32,434 nucleotides of DNA. It comes from a virus. Its lineage: Duplodnaviria; Caudoviricetes. The notes below the pieces were generated by a model, which worked only from the letters and a program-made list of their open reading frames with translations, was not told the DNA's origin and searched no databases. The translations under genes and the position numbers were made by a program. This document shows, piece after piece, positions 10,409 to 20,230 of this stretch (position 1 is the stretch's first letter; each line of letters opens with the position of its first letter). The stretch covers positions 1 through 32,434 of the IMG/VR virus record IMGVR_UViG_3300024502_000032; one strand, given 5' to 3'.

Positions 10409-11416
10409 CTATTTGCTTATCTTTGAATTTACTTTCTTTTTTTTTTCTTTTAAATTGTCGTTAATATCTTTTTTAGTATTTCTTTTTAAGTTTTTTCTAT
10501 TTTTTTTACTAGATACCACTTCTTCATAGGCTTCTGTAATGTCTGTTTCTTCATCTTTTAAAATATCCAAAACATCTGAATTATTTTTTATAAAATCTTC
10601 TTTCTTGTTTGATTTAGATAAGTTATTAACTAAATAACTAACAGTTATAACTAGTGTTATTGCTAAAGGGTCAAATACGAAGATAATCATTAGTATAAAA
10701 TAATTCATAAGATTATCCATTGGTACACTTGTAACTTTGCTTAGATATATGATTGGGCCTAACTCAGCTGCTGCATCATTGTTAGTTTCCATACCCAATA
10801 TCTCAATTTTATAATTATCTATTTCTGTAGATATACTTTCTATTTTATTTGACAAGTTGTCTCTTCTTTCTGTAGCATCATCTAACTGGGATTCTAATGA
10901 TTTTCTAGTTTCTGAGGATGATGATACTATCTTCTCCCCAGATTTTTTATCTATATATGAAACCATAGTTCCATTAGATAAGCCATTTCTAAGTTCTGTA
11001 ATATCTTTAATAACAGATTCTTTCTCTACTTCTAATGATTTTAACCTCGTTGTAAGATTATCTGATTTTGCTCTTACTATATTTATTTTACTTTCTACAA
11101 TATTATTTTTATTAGAAGTTATTTGATATGCATTAGATAAAAATCCGTAAATTCCTGCTGAGGTTATAAGCATCAAGACTACTATAGCAATAGATAAATA
11201 AATCCTTAAAGATGTAGGTAGTATATCTTTATTTTGATGTAATGAATATGCTGCAATTAGTTTAGAACCCTCCAAAACGGAAGCCATAATAATAACAGAT
11301 ATTCCAGCACCTGCAAAAACTTTGCTCAATCCGTAAACAGAAAAAAAAGCAGCTGATGCTGATAGCAATAAAGCAGATAGTGTAACTAAAAATAATACGA
11401 ATTTTTCTTTTAGCAT
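10409..11416 (-). CDS. Multi-pass membrane protein with central coiled coil
   Basis: Three N-terminal hydrophobic helices (SAAFFSVYGL, LE.SKL, TSAGIYGFLS), coiled coil, further TM segment IIFVFDPLAI. Confidence 0.75.
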   Translation of the reverse strand: MLKEKFVLFLVTLSALLLSASAAFFSVYGLSKVFAGAGISVIIMASVLEGSKLIAAYSLHQNKDILPTSLRIYLSIAIVVLMLITSAGIYGFLSNAYQITSNKNNIVESKINIVRAKSDNLTTRLKSLEVEKESVIKDITELRNGLSNGTMVSYIDKKSGEKIVSSSSETRKSLESQLDDATERRDNLSNKIESISTEIDNYKIEILGMETNNDAAAELGPIIYLSKVTSVPMDNLMNYFILMIIFVFDPLAITLVITVSYLVNNLSKSNKKEDFIKNNSDVLDILKDEETDITEAYEEVVSSKKNRKNLKRNTKKDINDNLKEKKKKVNSKISK

Positions 11417-11589
11417 AATGATATATAATGAAGTGATTTATCTAAATCTTTTTGTAGAATATCTAATAATTCTAATAATTTAGATTCAGACATTTGTTTT
11501 AATAGAATTCCTCTTTTAATATTATTAATCATATCTTTAGATTCTAATAAAACTGCTTCTGCATTTCCTTTATAAGTATCTTTTATCAT
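11410..11589 (-). CDS. Small hypothetical protein, 59 aa, not in the ORF track (MIKDTYKGNAEAVLLESKDMINNIKRG...HYISLC)
   Basis: ATG at 11589-11587, stop overlaps start of next gene, TATAAATT motif variant upstream. Confidence 0.6.
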   Translation of the reverse strand: MIKDTYKGNAEAVLLESKDMINNIKRGILLKQMSESKLLELLDILQKDLDKSLHYISLC

Positions 11590-11599
11590 AAATTTTATT

Positions 11600-11790
11600 T
11601 TATAAATTAAAGTAAATAATGTTATATTAATATAATATTACTATAATAATATATAATTATAATAATATAATATACTATATAATATACTATATTATATTTT
11701 ATATATATAATTATATTAAAATACTATATATTTAATATTATATATTTAATACTATATATTTAATATTATATAATATATATTATATATTGT
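11600..11790. repeat. Extreme AT-rich low-complexity tract with TATA/TAATA direct repeats at the divergence point; possible origin or unwinding element
   Basis: Almost no G/C over about 190 bp; ATACTATATATTTAATATTATATA occurs twice (11721, 11749); gene orientation flips here. Confidence 0.6.
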
Positions 11791-11852
11791 GAAGTTACTT
11801 AAATTATTTTTAATTTGGTTCAATTATACAAACTTTAACAAAACTTTAACAT

Positions 11853-12128
11853 ATGAGAGTTGTATTTCAAAATCCTATATCTAAATTATACGAAGTAGGT
11901 ATTATAGTAAAAAAATATACTATAAACAAAAGACAAAAATTTGATGTTATCTCAGAAAAAGGTGTTTTACATGTTGCACTATCTACTAACATTTCTAAAA
12001 CTGGACATATAAATGAGAATCTAACACAAAAGTTTGCAAATGATGTTCAAACAAATCTGACTAAGCAAAATCAAGCAAACTATTTAGATTCAGAGTATAT
12101 GCCAAGTATATTGAAAATTAATATATGA
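11853..12128 (+). CDS. Hypothetical protein
   Basis: 91-aa ORF, first gene of plus-strand run. Confidence 0.65.
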   Translation: MRVVFQNPISKLYEVGIIVKKYTINKRQKFDVISEKGVLHVALSTNISKTGHINENLTQKFANDVQTNLTKQNQANYLDSEYMPSILKINI

Positions 12129-12640
12129 GTGAAAATATAGAAAAATTTGATAATATATTAGAATATTATCAGCAACTAACTAATGAATCCAAAATATACT
12201 TCACTAACACTTTATTTAATTTAGGTTTTGAAAAAGTAAGTAAAGTTTTATATGATTCTTTATTTTCAGATGAAGATATTTTAGATTCTAAACTTGACTA
12301 TAATTCAGAAAAAAATTTAGAATTATTGAACGGTGATGATTATGAAAATTATGATGATTATATAGAATATTCTTCGGAAGATGCTGATAGTATACTAGAT
12401 TTAAAACGCATAGATGATTATTCTAATAGTGATTTATATGTTGTTGTTGATATAGATTCTAATATAATTCATATGTATTCAAATAATTTGGAAGATATTG
12501 AATACTACAAGTATGAAAATATATACTTAAAAGGAATGTTTTTTGTATGTGACAAAAATAAACCAAATACAAAAAATTATAAATACTATGAATGTGTTAA
12601 TGTAATTGGACAATTAGAACAAGATATATGCTATAATTAG
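12125..12640 (+). CDS. Acidic hypothetical protein
   Basis: 171-aa D/E/Y-rich ORF, ATGA overlap with previous gene. Confidence 0.65.
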   Translation: MSENIEKFDNILEYYQQLTNESKIYFTNTLFNLGFEKVSKVLYDSLFSDEDILDSKLDYNSEKNLELLNGDDYENYDDYIEYSSEDADSILDLKRIDDYSNSDLYVVVDIDSNIIHMYSNNLEDIEYYKYENIYLKGMFFVCDKNKPNTKNYKYYECVNVIGQLEQDICYN

Positions 12641-12720
12641 ATATTTAGATATATTTATATAAAATAAGATAGCTGAGCATTTTAATAACCGCCATCTTAG
12701 GAGGCACAAATCAAAAAAAA

Positions 12721-13143
12721 ATGATAAGAAATGTAGTTGAAATTCCATTTAATTCAATGGATGTTTTTCTTAAAAATTATTTCGATACGAAGGTAGATTA
12801 CACCTCAGTAAGCGATAGCAAAATTAACTACCCATTAGACATTATTCAATCAGATAGTGGGTTATTAATTCAAATAGCCTGTGTTGGGGCAGATTTAGAA
12901 GATATATCAATAACGACTGCTCTTGATACGCTAAGAATTAAATATGATAAACCAAAATTAGATGATGGCTATAATTATGTTTTTAAATCAATAGCTCAAA
13001 GGTCATTTGACTTAGGATATAAAGTATCTGCTAAATATGATTTAAACAGAATTGAAGCTAAGTTGTCAAAAGGATTACTATCTATTAGTATACCTTATGA
13101 AGAAAACCAGCAACCTAAATCAATTAAAATAATTTCAGAATAA
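12721..13143 (+). CDS. Small heat-shock protein (Hsp20/alpha-crystallin family)
   Basis: YPLDI, IQIACVG...EDISI, IAQRSF, AKLSKGLLSISIP motifs. Confidence 0.85.
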   Translation: MIRNVVEIPFNSMDVFLKNYFDTKVDYTSVSDSKINYPLDIIQSDSGLLIQIACVGADLEDISITTALDTLRIKYDKPKLDDGYNYVFKSIAQRSFDLGYKVSAKYDLNRIEAKLSKGLLSISIPYEENQQPKSIKIISE

Positions 13144-13165
13144 ACTAAAAGCTCAGCTATCTATT

Positions 13166-15202
13166 ATGGAAACTAATACATTTATATTAAAAAATATACA
13201 AAAAGCAATACTTTCAGAAAAATTAAGTAGAACATCTAAGATTGTAAAATTAGTAGAGATATCTAAAAATCCTAATAATAATATTAGTCCTAGACAAAAG
13301 TTTTGGATTAATACTTTACTAAGACTTGTAGCAGATGAATCTTATTATAAAGATATAAAAATAACTAATGTAAAATGGGATGACGTTTTTAAATTATACA
13401 ATGACGAATACACCCCACAAGAAGCAGCAGCTATGTTAATACAGATGGATGAATCTATAATATCTAAATACAATAATAGATTAAACGAAGAAAATTATAA
13501 TGTATCTAAACCTATTGATATATCTTTTGACCTAAAAAAATTAAATACCAAAGAATATACTGATTTTGAATTTTCTGATTTAATAGATTCTATAAACAGT
13601 ACTAGAGGTCTTAGTAAAAATATAGAAAAAAGGTCAGATGGTACATATGGATTCGTGGATTTAGTGCATAAGAATAGTAAGGATGAAAGTTTAAGAATAC
13701 CTTTAATATTGCTAACACCTGATGCTTCTAAAAGATTGAGTAAAGATGGTAGTAATTTTGTAGCATCAAAATGGGATAAACTAATATCTTCTAATGTATT
13801 TAATACTAAAAAAGATGCTGAAGATGCTCGTTCTAAAGCAATATTAAAAAGAAAAGATATTGCTCCATATATTCATAATGATACTATTAAAAGTATTTCT
13901 GTATATGATGAGAATGGAAATTTAATGAACGGAGAAATACTTGATGCAAGTGGAACTCCATACAATTTAGATAGACTAAGGTCTTTAATTACTAAAAGAC
14001 CTGATACATTACTAAGTTTTAATGAAAAATCAGAACATTCTACAGGGGGGACTGAAAAGGTGTTTAATTTAGGTCTACCTGCTTTAACAGGTTTGATTGT
14101 TGATGAAAATGATTCTAAAAAACCTTTCCATATAGTAAATACATGTCCAAGGGCAGGAAGTTGCAAAGCCCACTGTTTTGCAATGAAAGGAGGTTATGTT
14201 CAATTTGAATCACCTGCACTAAAGATGGTTCAAAAACTTAATTTTCTAATTAATGACCCTAAAGGATTCCAAGATAGATTAGTTGATGAAATAAAATCTG
14301 AGTATAACAAAATGAAATCTGATTTCAAGGATTCTACATGGCATCTTTTAGTTAGATTTCATGATTCTGGAGATTTTTTTAGTGATGACTATTCAAATTT
14401 AGCTTTAAATGTTTGTAGAATTTTTAGGGAAGGTGTTTATAAAGAAAATCCTGTATTATTTTATGCTTATACAAAGCAATTAGATGCTAAAAATAAATTA
14501 GAAAGAGAACCCAATTTTGTTATAAATTTTTCACTAGGTTCTAAAGAAAGCTCTAAAATTGATACTAAAACTACTAAATTAGCAGCTGTAGTAGATGACT
14601 TACAACTAAACAAAATTACTCCTGATTTAAAAAATAAAATTGTATCATTTTTAAAGAATAATTCAAAAACAAGTAAATATGATATTTATGATTATTTAAA
14701 AAATGTTGCTAAGTTACCAAATAACGATAGAAATTTTAAGGTTACAACATTACTTAATATGATTAAAAACAAAGATGCTAAGAATTTAAGAAAATTGTAT
14801 GAAAGAGAAGTTATAAATGTAAAAGATACTGCTTGGCTAAAATATGTTAAAAGAGTTAAGACAGGAAATTTAATTAAGAAGTATGAAATGAAAGATGGTA
14901 AAAAAGTTAAGGATGCCCAAGGCAACTATATATCAAATATGGTAGATGAGTATAAATGGGAATTTATTTCAGATAGAGCTTGGAAACTTTTTCAAGATAG
15001 ATTATATAATACATACAAAGATAAGTTTGGAATAACTAGAGATAGCATTATAAAGTACTCTGATTGGGTTGAGTTACCTAGAAGCGAATGGTCAGGGAAA
15101 GAGAATATAGGTGCTTGGAATGTTGTTATCTTGCCAGGTATCGATGGTGACCTAGCTGCATCGAGAAGTGATGTACACATATCATTTTTATTAGTACATT
15201 AG
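13166..15202 (+). CDS. Large protein with a gp88-like (radical-SAM-type CX3CX3C) domain
   Basis: TCPRAGSCKAHCFAMKG, RFHDSGDFFS, FYAYTK, NFVINFS motifs. Confidence 0.65.
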   Translation: METNTFILKNIQKAILSEKLSRTSKIVKLVEISKNPNNNISPRQKFWINTLLRLVADESYYKDIKITNVKWDDVFKLYNDEYTPQEAAAMLIQMDESIISKYNNRLNEENYNVSKPIDISFDLKKLNTKEYTDFEFSDLIDSINSTRGLSKNIEKRSDGTYGFVDLVHKNSKDESLRIPLILLTPDASKRLSKDGSNFVASKWDKLISSNVFNTKKDAEDARSKAILKRKDIAPYIHNDTIKSISVYDENGNLMNGEILDASGTPYNLDRLRSLITKRPDTLLSFNEKSEHSTGGTEKVFNLGLPALTGLIVDENDSKKPFHIVNTCPRAGSCKAHCFAMKGGYVQFESPALKMVQKLNFLINDPKGFQDRLVDEIKSEYNKMKSDFKDSTWHLLVRFHDSGDFFSDDYSNLALNVCRIFREGVYKENPVLFYAYTKQLDAKNKLEREPNFVINFSLGSKESSKIDTKTTKLAAVVDDLQLNKITPDLKNKIVSFLKNNSKTSKYDIYDYLKNVAKLPNNDRNFKVTTLLNMIKNKDAKNLRKLYEREVINVKDTAWLKYVKRVKTGNLIKKYEMKDGKKVKDAQGNYISNMVDEYKWEFISDRAWKLFQDRLYNTYKDKFGITRDSIIKYSDWVELPRSEWSGKENIGAWNVVILPGIDGDLAASRSDVHISFLLVH

Positions 15203-15204
15203 AA

Positions 15205-15687
15205 ATGAAATTAGTTAAATTAGTTGAAGAATTATTAGCGAAAACTGCACATTATAAAGACTTAGCAGTAGACTATTTAACTAATAAATATGGTATACAT
15301 AAAAATATTGTATATCATGGAAGTCCTAACATTACATATCTAAAAAATATAAATGATATAGATACTCTTAAAAACACAGTCAATGCTAAAAGTAAATATC
15401 TTTTTGTAAATTATAAACCATCAGTAGCCTTAAACTATGCACAAAATTATAATGGATATTCAGATAAATCAGGTGTAGCAGTTTTTAAATTAACTGGTAA
15501 AGCTTATACTATTAAAAAAAATGATATTCAAATAGCATTTAAAAGTATTGATAATTTTGAACTATTCCTAGATACTAAAAAAAAATTAGGATTTGATTAT
15601 GTTATAATACCTCAAGATGGTAATAATATTGCTATATTAAACATAAATTCTTTATCTTTATTAGATACATATAAAATAATTAATTAA
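15205..15687 (+). CDS. Putative ADP-ribosyltransferase-fold protein
   Basis: VYHGS, LFV....VALNYA and GFDYVI motifs typical of phage ART-like domains. Confidence 0.45.
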   Translation: MKLVKLVEELLAKTAHYKDLAVDYLTNKYGIHKNIVYHGSPNITYLKNINDIDTLKNTVNAKSKYLFVNYKPSVALNYAQNYNGYSDKSGVAVFKLTGKAYTIKKNDIQIAFKSIDNFELFLDTKKKLGFDYVIIPQDGNNIAILNINSLSLLDTYKIIN

Positions 15688-15707
15688 CATACCACTATAG
15701 TACTATA

Positions 15708-16601
15708 CTAAACCAAACTCTTTAACATAGCTAACATCTTAGGATGTGGGTAAATATCAGATTTATCTTTTCTAACATTGGTATGAGTTAGTAAACCTCT
15801 AATTTTACCTTCCACAGCATCATTAAAAAAATCAAATGCTATAGCAGGGTCAAATTTTTTAAGATATTCCAATATACCTTTAGAAATATCTATGTTATCT
15901 CTTTCTTTTATATATAATATAAGTTTTCTACAAGATTCTATTTGAGCATCAGAATAACTATGATAATATCTAGTACCTCTAAACTTATAACCTAAGTCAG
16001 TTACATATTTTGAATTTACTTCATTACCATACACAGTATAATACTTTTCACCAATTTTATTCAAGTATCCGTAGTTACAAATTTCAATACCTACAGAGTG
16101 ACTTTGCATATATCTATCAGCATTTCCTAAATGAAATGCCCAATACCCTTCAGGAAATGCTTGTAATATTTCACCATCATATTTAGTATCACCTGACAAC
16201 GATGTACCTCCTATTAAGAACTCTGTTGCTATCCTACCTCTAGTATCTCTGCTCCAAATATCAATAGTACTATAAGGATTTTCAGAACCTGCTGTATGGT
16301 GTAAGAATATATATTTTTTATCAGTAACTTGATTTACGTATTGTTCTTTAGGTAACCAAAATTTTAGTATGTTCAATGATGTATCTCTACTTTCTTGTAA
16401 ATCTGTGCTATAATCATCTTCCAACAATTTTTTAAATATTTCAGGAGTTACAACTCCATTAGGATGTAAACCTAACTTAACTTGATAGTTTTTTACAGCA
16501 GCCTCAGTCATTCTGCCGAATATGCCATCAACAGGATTCAATTCTAATGCTATTTGAATTTTTCTTACTTCGTCTCCTTTTGAACCAAATCTATAGTACA
16601 T
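15708..16601 (-). CDS. Endolysin: peptidoglycan-binding domain plus N-acetylmuramoyl-L-alanine amidase (Amidase_2)
   Basis: GSKGDEV..IQ..L...VDGIFG..TEAAVKNYQ; IFLHHTAG, SVGIEIC, THTNVRKDKSD. Confidence 0.85.
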   Translation of the reverse strand: MYYRFGSKGDEVRKIQIALELNPVDGIFGRMTEAAVKNYQVKLGLHPNGVVTPEIFKKLLEDDYSTDLQESRDTSLNILKFWLPKEQYVNQVTDKKYIFLHHTAGSENPYSTIDIWSRDTRGRIATEFLIGGTSLSGDTKYDGEILQAFPEGYWAFHLGNADRYMQSHSVGIEICNYGYLNKIGEKYYTVYGNEVNSKYVTDLGYKFRGTRYYHSYSDAQIESCRKLILYIKERDNIDISKGILEYLKKFDPAIAFDFFNDAVEGKIRGLLTHTNVRKDKSDIYPHPKMLAMLKSLV

Positions 16602-16625
16602 AATTATTATTGTTTATTATAAATA

Positions 16626-17435
16626 TCAAAACTTTGAAATAAAATCATTGCTAAAATTATTAATCTTATCTAGCACGATATTATCAGCATCACTTGATGG
16701 ATTTCTTAAATCTATGTTTCTAAAATCAACACCATAAATATTTGGTATGCTATTAGCTATATCAAAGAGTTCTGGTGTTAATATAGATGAGTATGCATCT
16801 GAATATGCATCTATCATAAAATCTAGTTTAGAAGAATCACCTTGATACACTATAGAACTCATTAAACTAATTTGTGATTTTATTACACTTGCTAAAGATT
16901 GCATAAATGATGCAGCTGTAGCACCACCATCTAAACTTTTGAACATAAATCCTGACCATGGTGTGACTAGGAATGGAGGTGTTTTACTTATTCTTATTCC
17001 GATTACAGTTGTTTTTTGAAGATACATTGATAGGGATACTGCATCTACCCAAACCCGTGCTCCGTATCCGAAGTTTGGAAAGAAGAAGGCATCAGTCCAA
17101 ATACCTGGGAAGATGGTAATAATCGTAGCTAACGGACTATCAATAATCCTAGCAATCCAATAATACGTATGGTCAATAGCTAATTGACTAGATAATAAAC
17201 CACTATTAGCATTGAAATTAAATCTATTTTGACTACAATATATCATCGATGCAGCTTCAAAGAATCTAGGTATGTCAGGTCTTGCAACCATTCTACCTCC
17301 AGATGATATATCAAAATGTAATTTATATAAATTCTCAGTATACCTTCCGTGTCTACCGACTTTAATTAAATCTGCAAATTTATATGTAGTAGGAGTATAT
17401 TCTGCTATTAATTGTGCTTTAAAAAGATTCCACAT
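16626..17435 (-). CDS. Hypothetical protein
   Basis: 269-aa ORF in minus-strand run. Confidence 0.65.
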   Translation of the reverse strand: MWNLFKAQLIAEYTPTTYKFADLIKVGRHGRYTENLYKLHFDISSGGRMVARPDIPRFFEAASMIYCSQNRFNFNANSGLLSSQLAIDHTYYWIARIIDSPLATIITIFPGIWTDAFFFPNFGYGARVWVDAVSLSMYLQKTTVIGIRISKTPPFLVTPWSGFMFKSLDGGATAASFMQSLASVIKSQISLMSSIVYQGDSSKLDFMIDAYSDAYSSILTPELFDIANSIPNIYGVDFRNIDLRNPSSDADNIVLDKINNFSNDFISKF

Positions 17436-17440
17436 TACTG

Positions 17441-17887
17441 TTAAAATCTATTATAGTATTCTATAATTTTTTGTAAAATTAACTCTTTAGTATCATTATT
17501 AGAATTTTTAAACTTATATAAGAATGTTTCTTTTAAGATTTTATTTTCAGACATAGTCATTATTTTGTTAGTAGTCCTGAAATTATCTTTATTCATAATA
17601 GTTTTAGCTGTAGCACCTTTAACATTCTTACTTCTACTATGAGCTATAAAAGGAACATTCAATTTAGTTTTTTTATCTTTTACAACTATTTCATAATACT
17701 TTTTTAAGAAATCTACAAAAATAGATTTTTTATCTCCTAGTTTATCAAAAAATTCTATTATATCCTCTTCAGATATTCCTCTATCTTTAGCTTGGTCAAA
17801 AAAATGTTTTTCAATATCTATTTCAATAGGTTCTAAATCGTCATTAGCTTTTTTAAGTATTATTTTTTTGTCTAAATTCTCTGCCAT
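17441..17887 (-). CDS. Hypothetical protein
   Basis: 148-aa ORF with HFFDQAKDRGIS motif. Confidence 0.65.
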   Translation of the reverse strand: MAENLDKKIILKKANDDLEPIEIDIEKHFFDQAKDRGISEEDIIEFFDKLGDKKSIFVDFLKKYYEIVVKDKKTKLNVPFIAHSRSKNVKGATAKTIMNKDNFRTTNKIMTMSENKILKETFLYKFKNSNNDTKELILQKIIEYYNRF

Positions 17888-17899
17888 TTTTTTATTATT

Positions 17900-18607
17900 T
17901 TATGATAAGGATGTATACTTGAAATTTTTGATTATCATCTCCCCAACTTTTATTTTATGTATTAAATGAACATCATACAAACTATTGTTTATAACAACAT
18001 TCATCTTATGATTAGCAAATTTAGAAACTACTGCATAGTCATCTATAGTTCTAATAAGATTATCATTTATATAAAAACTAATACTTTCAGGAAGCCATAT
18101 TACAGAATATTTATGAAATTCATATCTTAAATCTAAATTAGAAAAACTATTAGGTTTTTTTGGAAAGTCAAGCTTAACTCCGTTTTCTCTAATATGTACA
18201 TTAGTTTCTATTCTATTATTTTGTCTTTTGAAAAACTTAGTCCACTTAGATAGTTCATAACTTCCAAATTTATCAGAGTATGCTTCGAATACATCTATTT
18301 CGGGAGGCCAGTCTGACCAAGACCACATCCAAAATGCTGCCCAACTATAAGGTAAGTCAGGAAGCATTACTTCTAAGTCAAATCTACCATAGTCAAATTT
18401 ATGTGTACAAGAAATTAATCCTATGCCCATTTTAGATTCTACGTCAATACTTTCAAAATATTTTGGAGAATATTTTGATAATAATGATATTTCATTTTCA
18501 TTTTTTGACACCACTGCTGACTTATCATACCAAACATATGATTTTTCTGGATGTATGTTACCCCATCTTTCTTCGGTAATCCAATCGTATCCACAAAATT
18601 TAATCAT
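17900..18607 (-). CDS. Glycoside hydrolase family 16 protein
   Basis: FDYGRF, WAAFWM, catalytic EIDVFE (E-x-D-x-x-E), FHKYSVIWLPESISFYIND. Confidence 0.8.
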   Translation of the reverse strand: MIKFCGYDWITEERWGNIHPEKSYVWYDKSAVVSKNENEISLLSKYSPKYFESIDVESKMGIGLISCTHKFDYGRFDLEVMLPDLPYSWAAFWMWSWSDWPPEIDVFEAYSDKFGSYELSKWTKFFKRQNNRIETNVHIRENGVKLDFPKKPNSFSNLDLRYEFHKYSVIWLPESISFYINDNLIRTIDDYAVVSKFANHKMNVVINNSLYDVHLIHKIKVGEMIIKNFKYTSLS

Positions 18608-18618
18608 ATATAATGTAT

Positions 18619-19197
18619 TTACTTCTTGCCAAAAATTCTTGATAAAATACTTTTTTTATTTTTTGTATCAGGAGTATTAGTTTTTACTCCATAATATAAA
18701 TCATCTAGCTCTTTGTTTTTCTGCTTCTGTATAGCTAGTTCTTCAGGAGTTAAATCATCTTTCCTATATGAGTCATAGCTTGGCAATGTGCTTTTTTCAG
18801 GATTAGTTGGTCTCCTTATATCGAAATCTATTTTTAATTGACTTTTAGGATTTAAAGCTGATGGTTCTGTTACATATACAGTAAATATTAAATATTCAGG
18901 TTGTATTTTTCCATTTTTTTTAAGATTTACAAATCTCTTTGCATAAGCTGAAGGTCTGATGCGTATAGAATTTCCTTTCGCATAAATTTCACTTTTATTA
19001 ATATCATAATTTCTCTTTTCAGCATATTTGATAAGAGATTCTATTACACTATCTATATCTTTATGAAATAGTTTTACACCTTTTTTAGATACAGCAATCT
19101 CACTTATATTAGTCTCAACTAATGGTATAATACCAGCTAATTGTTGCATCCTTGCAACTTCATTTAAGGTTACTTGTAATTTTTGTATTTTTTTCAT
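18619..19197 (-). CDS. Hypothetical protein with MKKIQKLQVTLNEVARMQQLAGI leader
   Basis: N-terminal 23 aa nearly identical to the neighbouring gene. Confidence 0.7.
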   Translation of the reverse strand: MKKIQKLQVTLNEVARMQQLAGIIPLVETNISEIAVSKKGVKLFHKDIDSVIESLIKYAEKRNYDINKSEIYAKGNSIRIRPSAYAKRFVNLKKNGKIQPEYLIFTVYVTEPSALNPKSQLKIDFDIRRPTNPEKSTLPSYDSYRKDDLTPEELAIQKQKNKELDDLYYGVKTNTPDTKNKKSILSRIFGKK

Positions 19198-19221
19198 TTA
19201 CAGTAATTATATGGATTATGC

Positions 19222-20088
19222 TTAATTTGACCAATTTGACTTATCGAATGGGTCTATATTTTTAGACAGTAGACTTTTAGCAGTTGATAGGCTTACATCT
19301 CTTTTATTTAAACCCATATCTTTTAAATCTTCCATAAAATAATCTTGAATGCTACTATTATCTAATCCTTTATAGTCAAATCCATTTAATATTTTATTGG
19401 TTTTTTTATCAACAATAAAATGAGTATATTTTTTATTTACTTTAACTTCGTCAATCTTAGCACCTAACTCTGATTTTAGTTTATTTAGTAATGACTTTAT
19501 TTCACTATCTATGCCACTAACACTCTCTCCATTACTATTACTAGGCATTCTGTCTGTACCATTCAATTTACATTTAGAAATATATTCTGAAAATGAATCG
19601 GAGGTAGATTCTTCTATTTTGGAGGATAGTCCAAAAAACTTCTTTCTCATGTACATTCTATATGATGCAAAAGTTTCTTTTAGTTTATATTTTTTCTCAG
19701 CAGTGTTATTATAAACATCAGTTGAGTAAAATGAAAGGTCTATATAAACATCTTTACTTGCTGTAGCATCTTTAATTAAATATGGATTAACTATATTAAC
19801 TTTACAATCCTTTATGCCTTTAGGACTCGTGAATACTAAATCAGTAAAATAAATACTAATTGATTCTGCTATCTTATATGCTATGTCCTGATATTTCTTT
19901 GGTATTTCAAAAATTGATTCGGATTTAGATTGTCCTACCATATAATCTTTTCCACCTCTATCACGAGCTTTTATAGCAGCTCTATTTCTCAAACCTGCAC
20001 TTAACTCATTTATAGGTTGAATACCTGCTAATTGTTGCATTCTCTTAACCTCATTTAATGTTACTTGTAATTTTTGTACTTTTTTCAT
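19222..20088 (-). CDS. Hypothetical protein with MKKVQKLQVTLNEVKRMQQLAGI leader
   Basis: Shares leader with 18619..19197. Confidence 0.7.
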   Translation of the reverse strand: MKKVQKLQVTLNEVKRMQQLAGIQPINELSAGLRNRAAIKARDRGGKDYMVGQSKSESIFEIPKKYQDIAYKIAESISIYFTDLVFTSPKGIKDCKVNIVNPYLIKDATASKDVYIDLSFYSTDVYNNTAEKKYKLKETFASYRMYMRKKFFGLSSKIEESTSDSFSEYISKCKLNGTDRMPSNSNGESVSGIDSEIKSLLNKLKSELGAKIDEVKVNKKYTHFIVDKKTNKILNGFDYKGLDNSSIQDYFMEDLKDMGLNKRDVSLSTAKSLLSKNIDPFDKSNWSN

Positions 20089-20230
20089 TTTTATTAATTA
20101 ATTTTCCAAAATAATTGTTTAGTTACTTTTCTACCTCCTAATCGGTCAGTCCAATCCATTTATTTTTAGGTAGTTCTAATTCTAAAAGAATTTGCATTAA
20201 TTTTATATCTTTTATTTTAATATAAATAGT

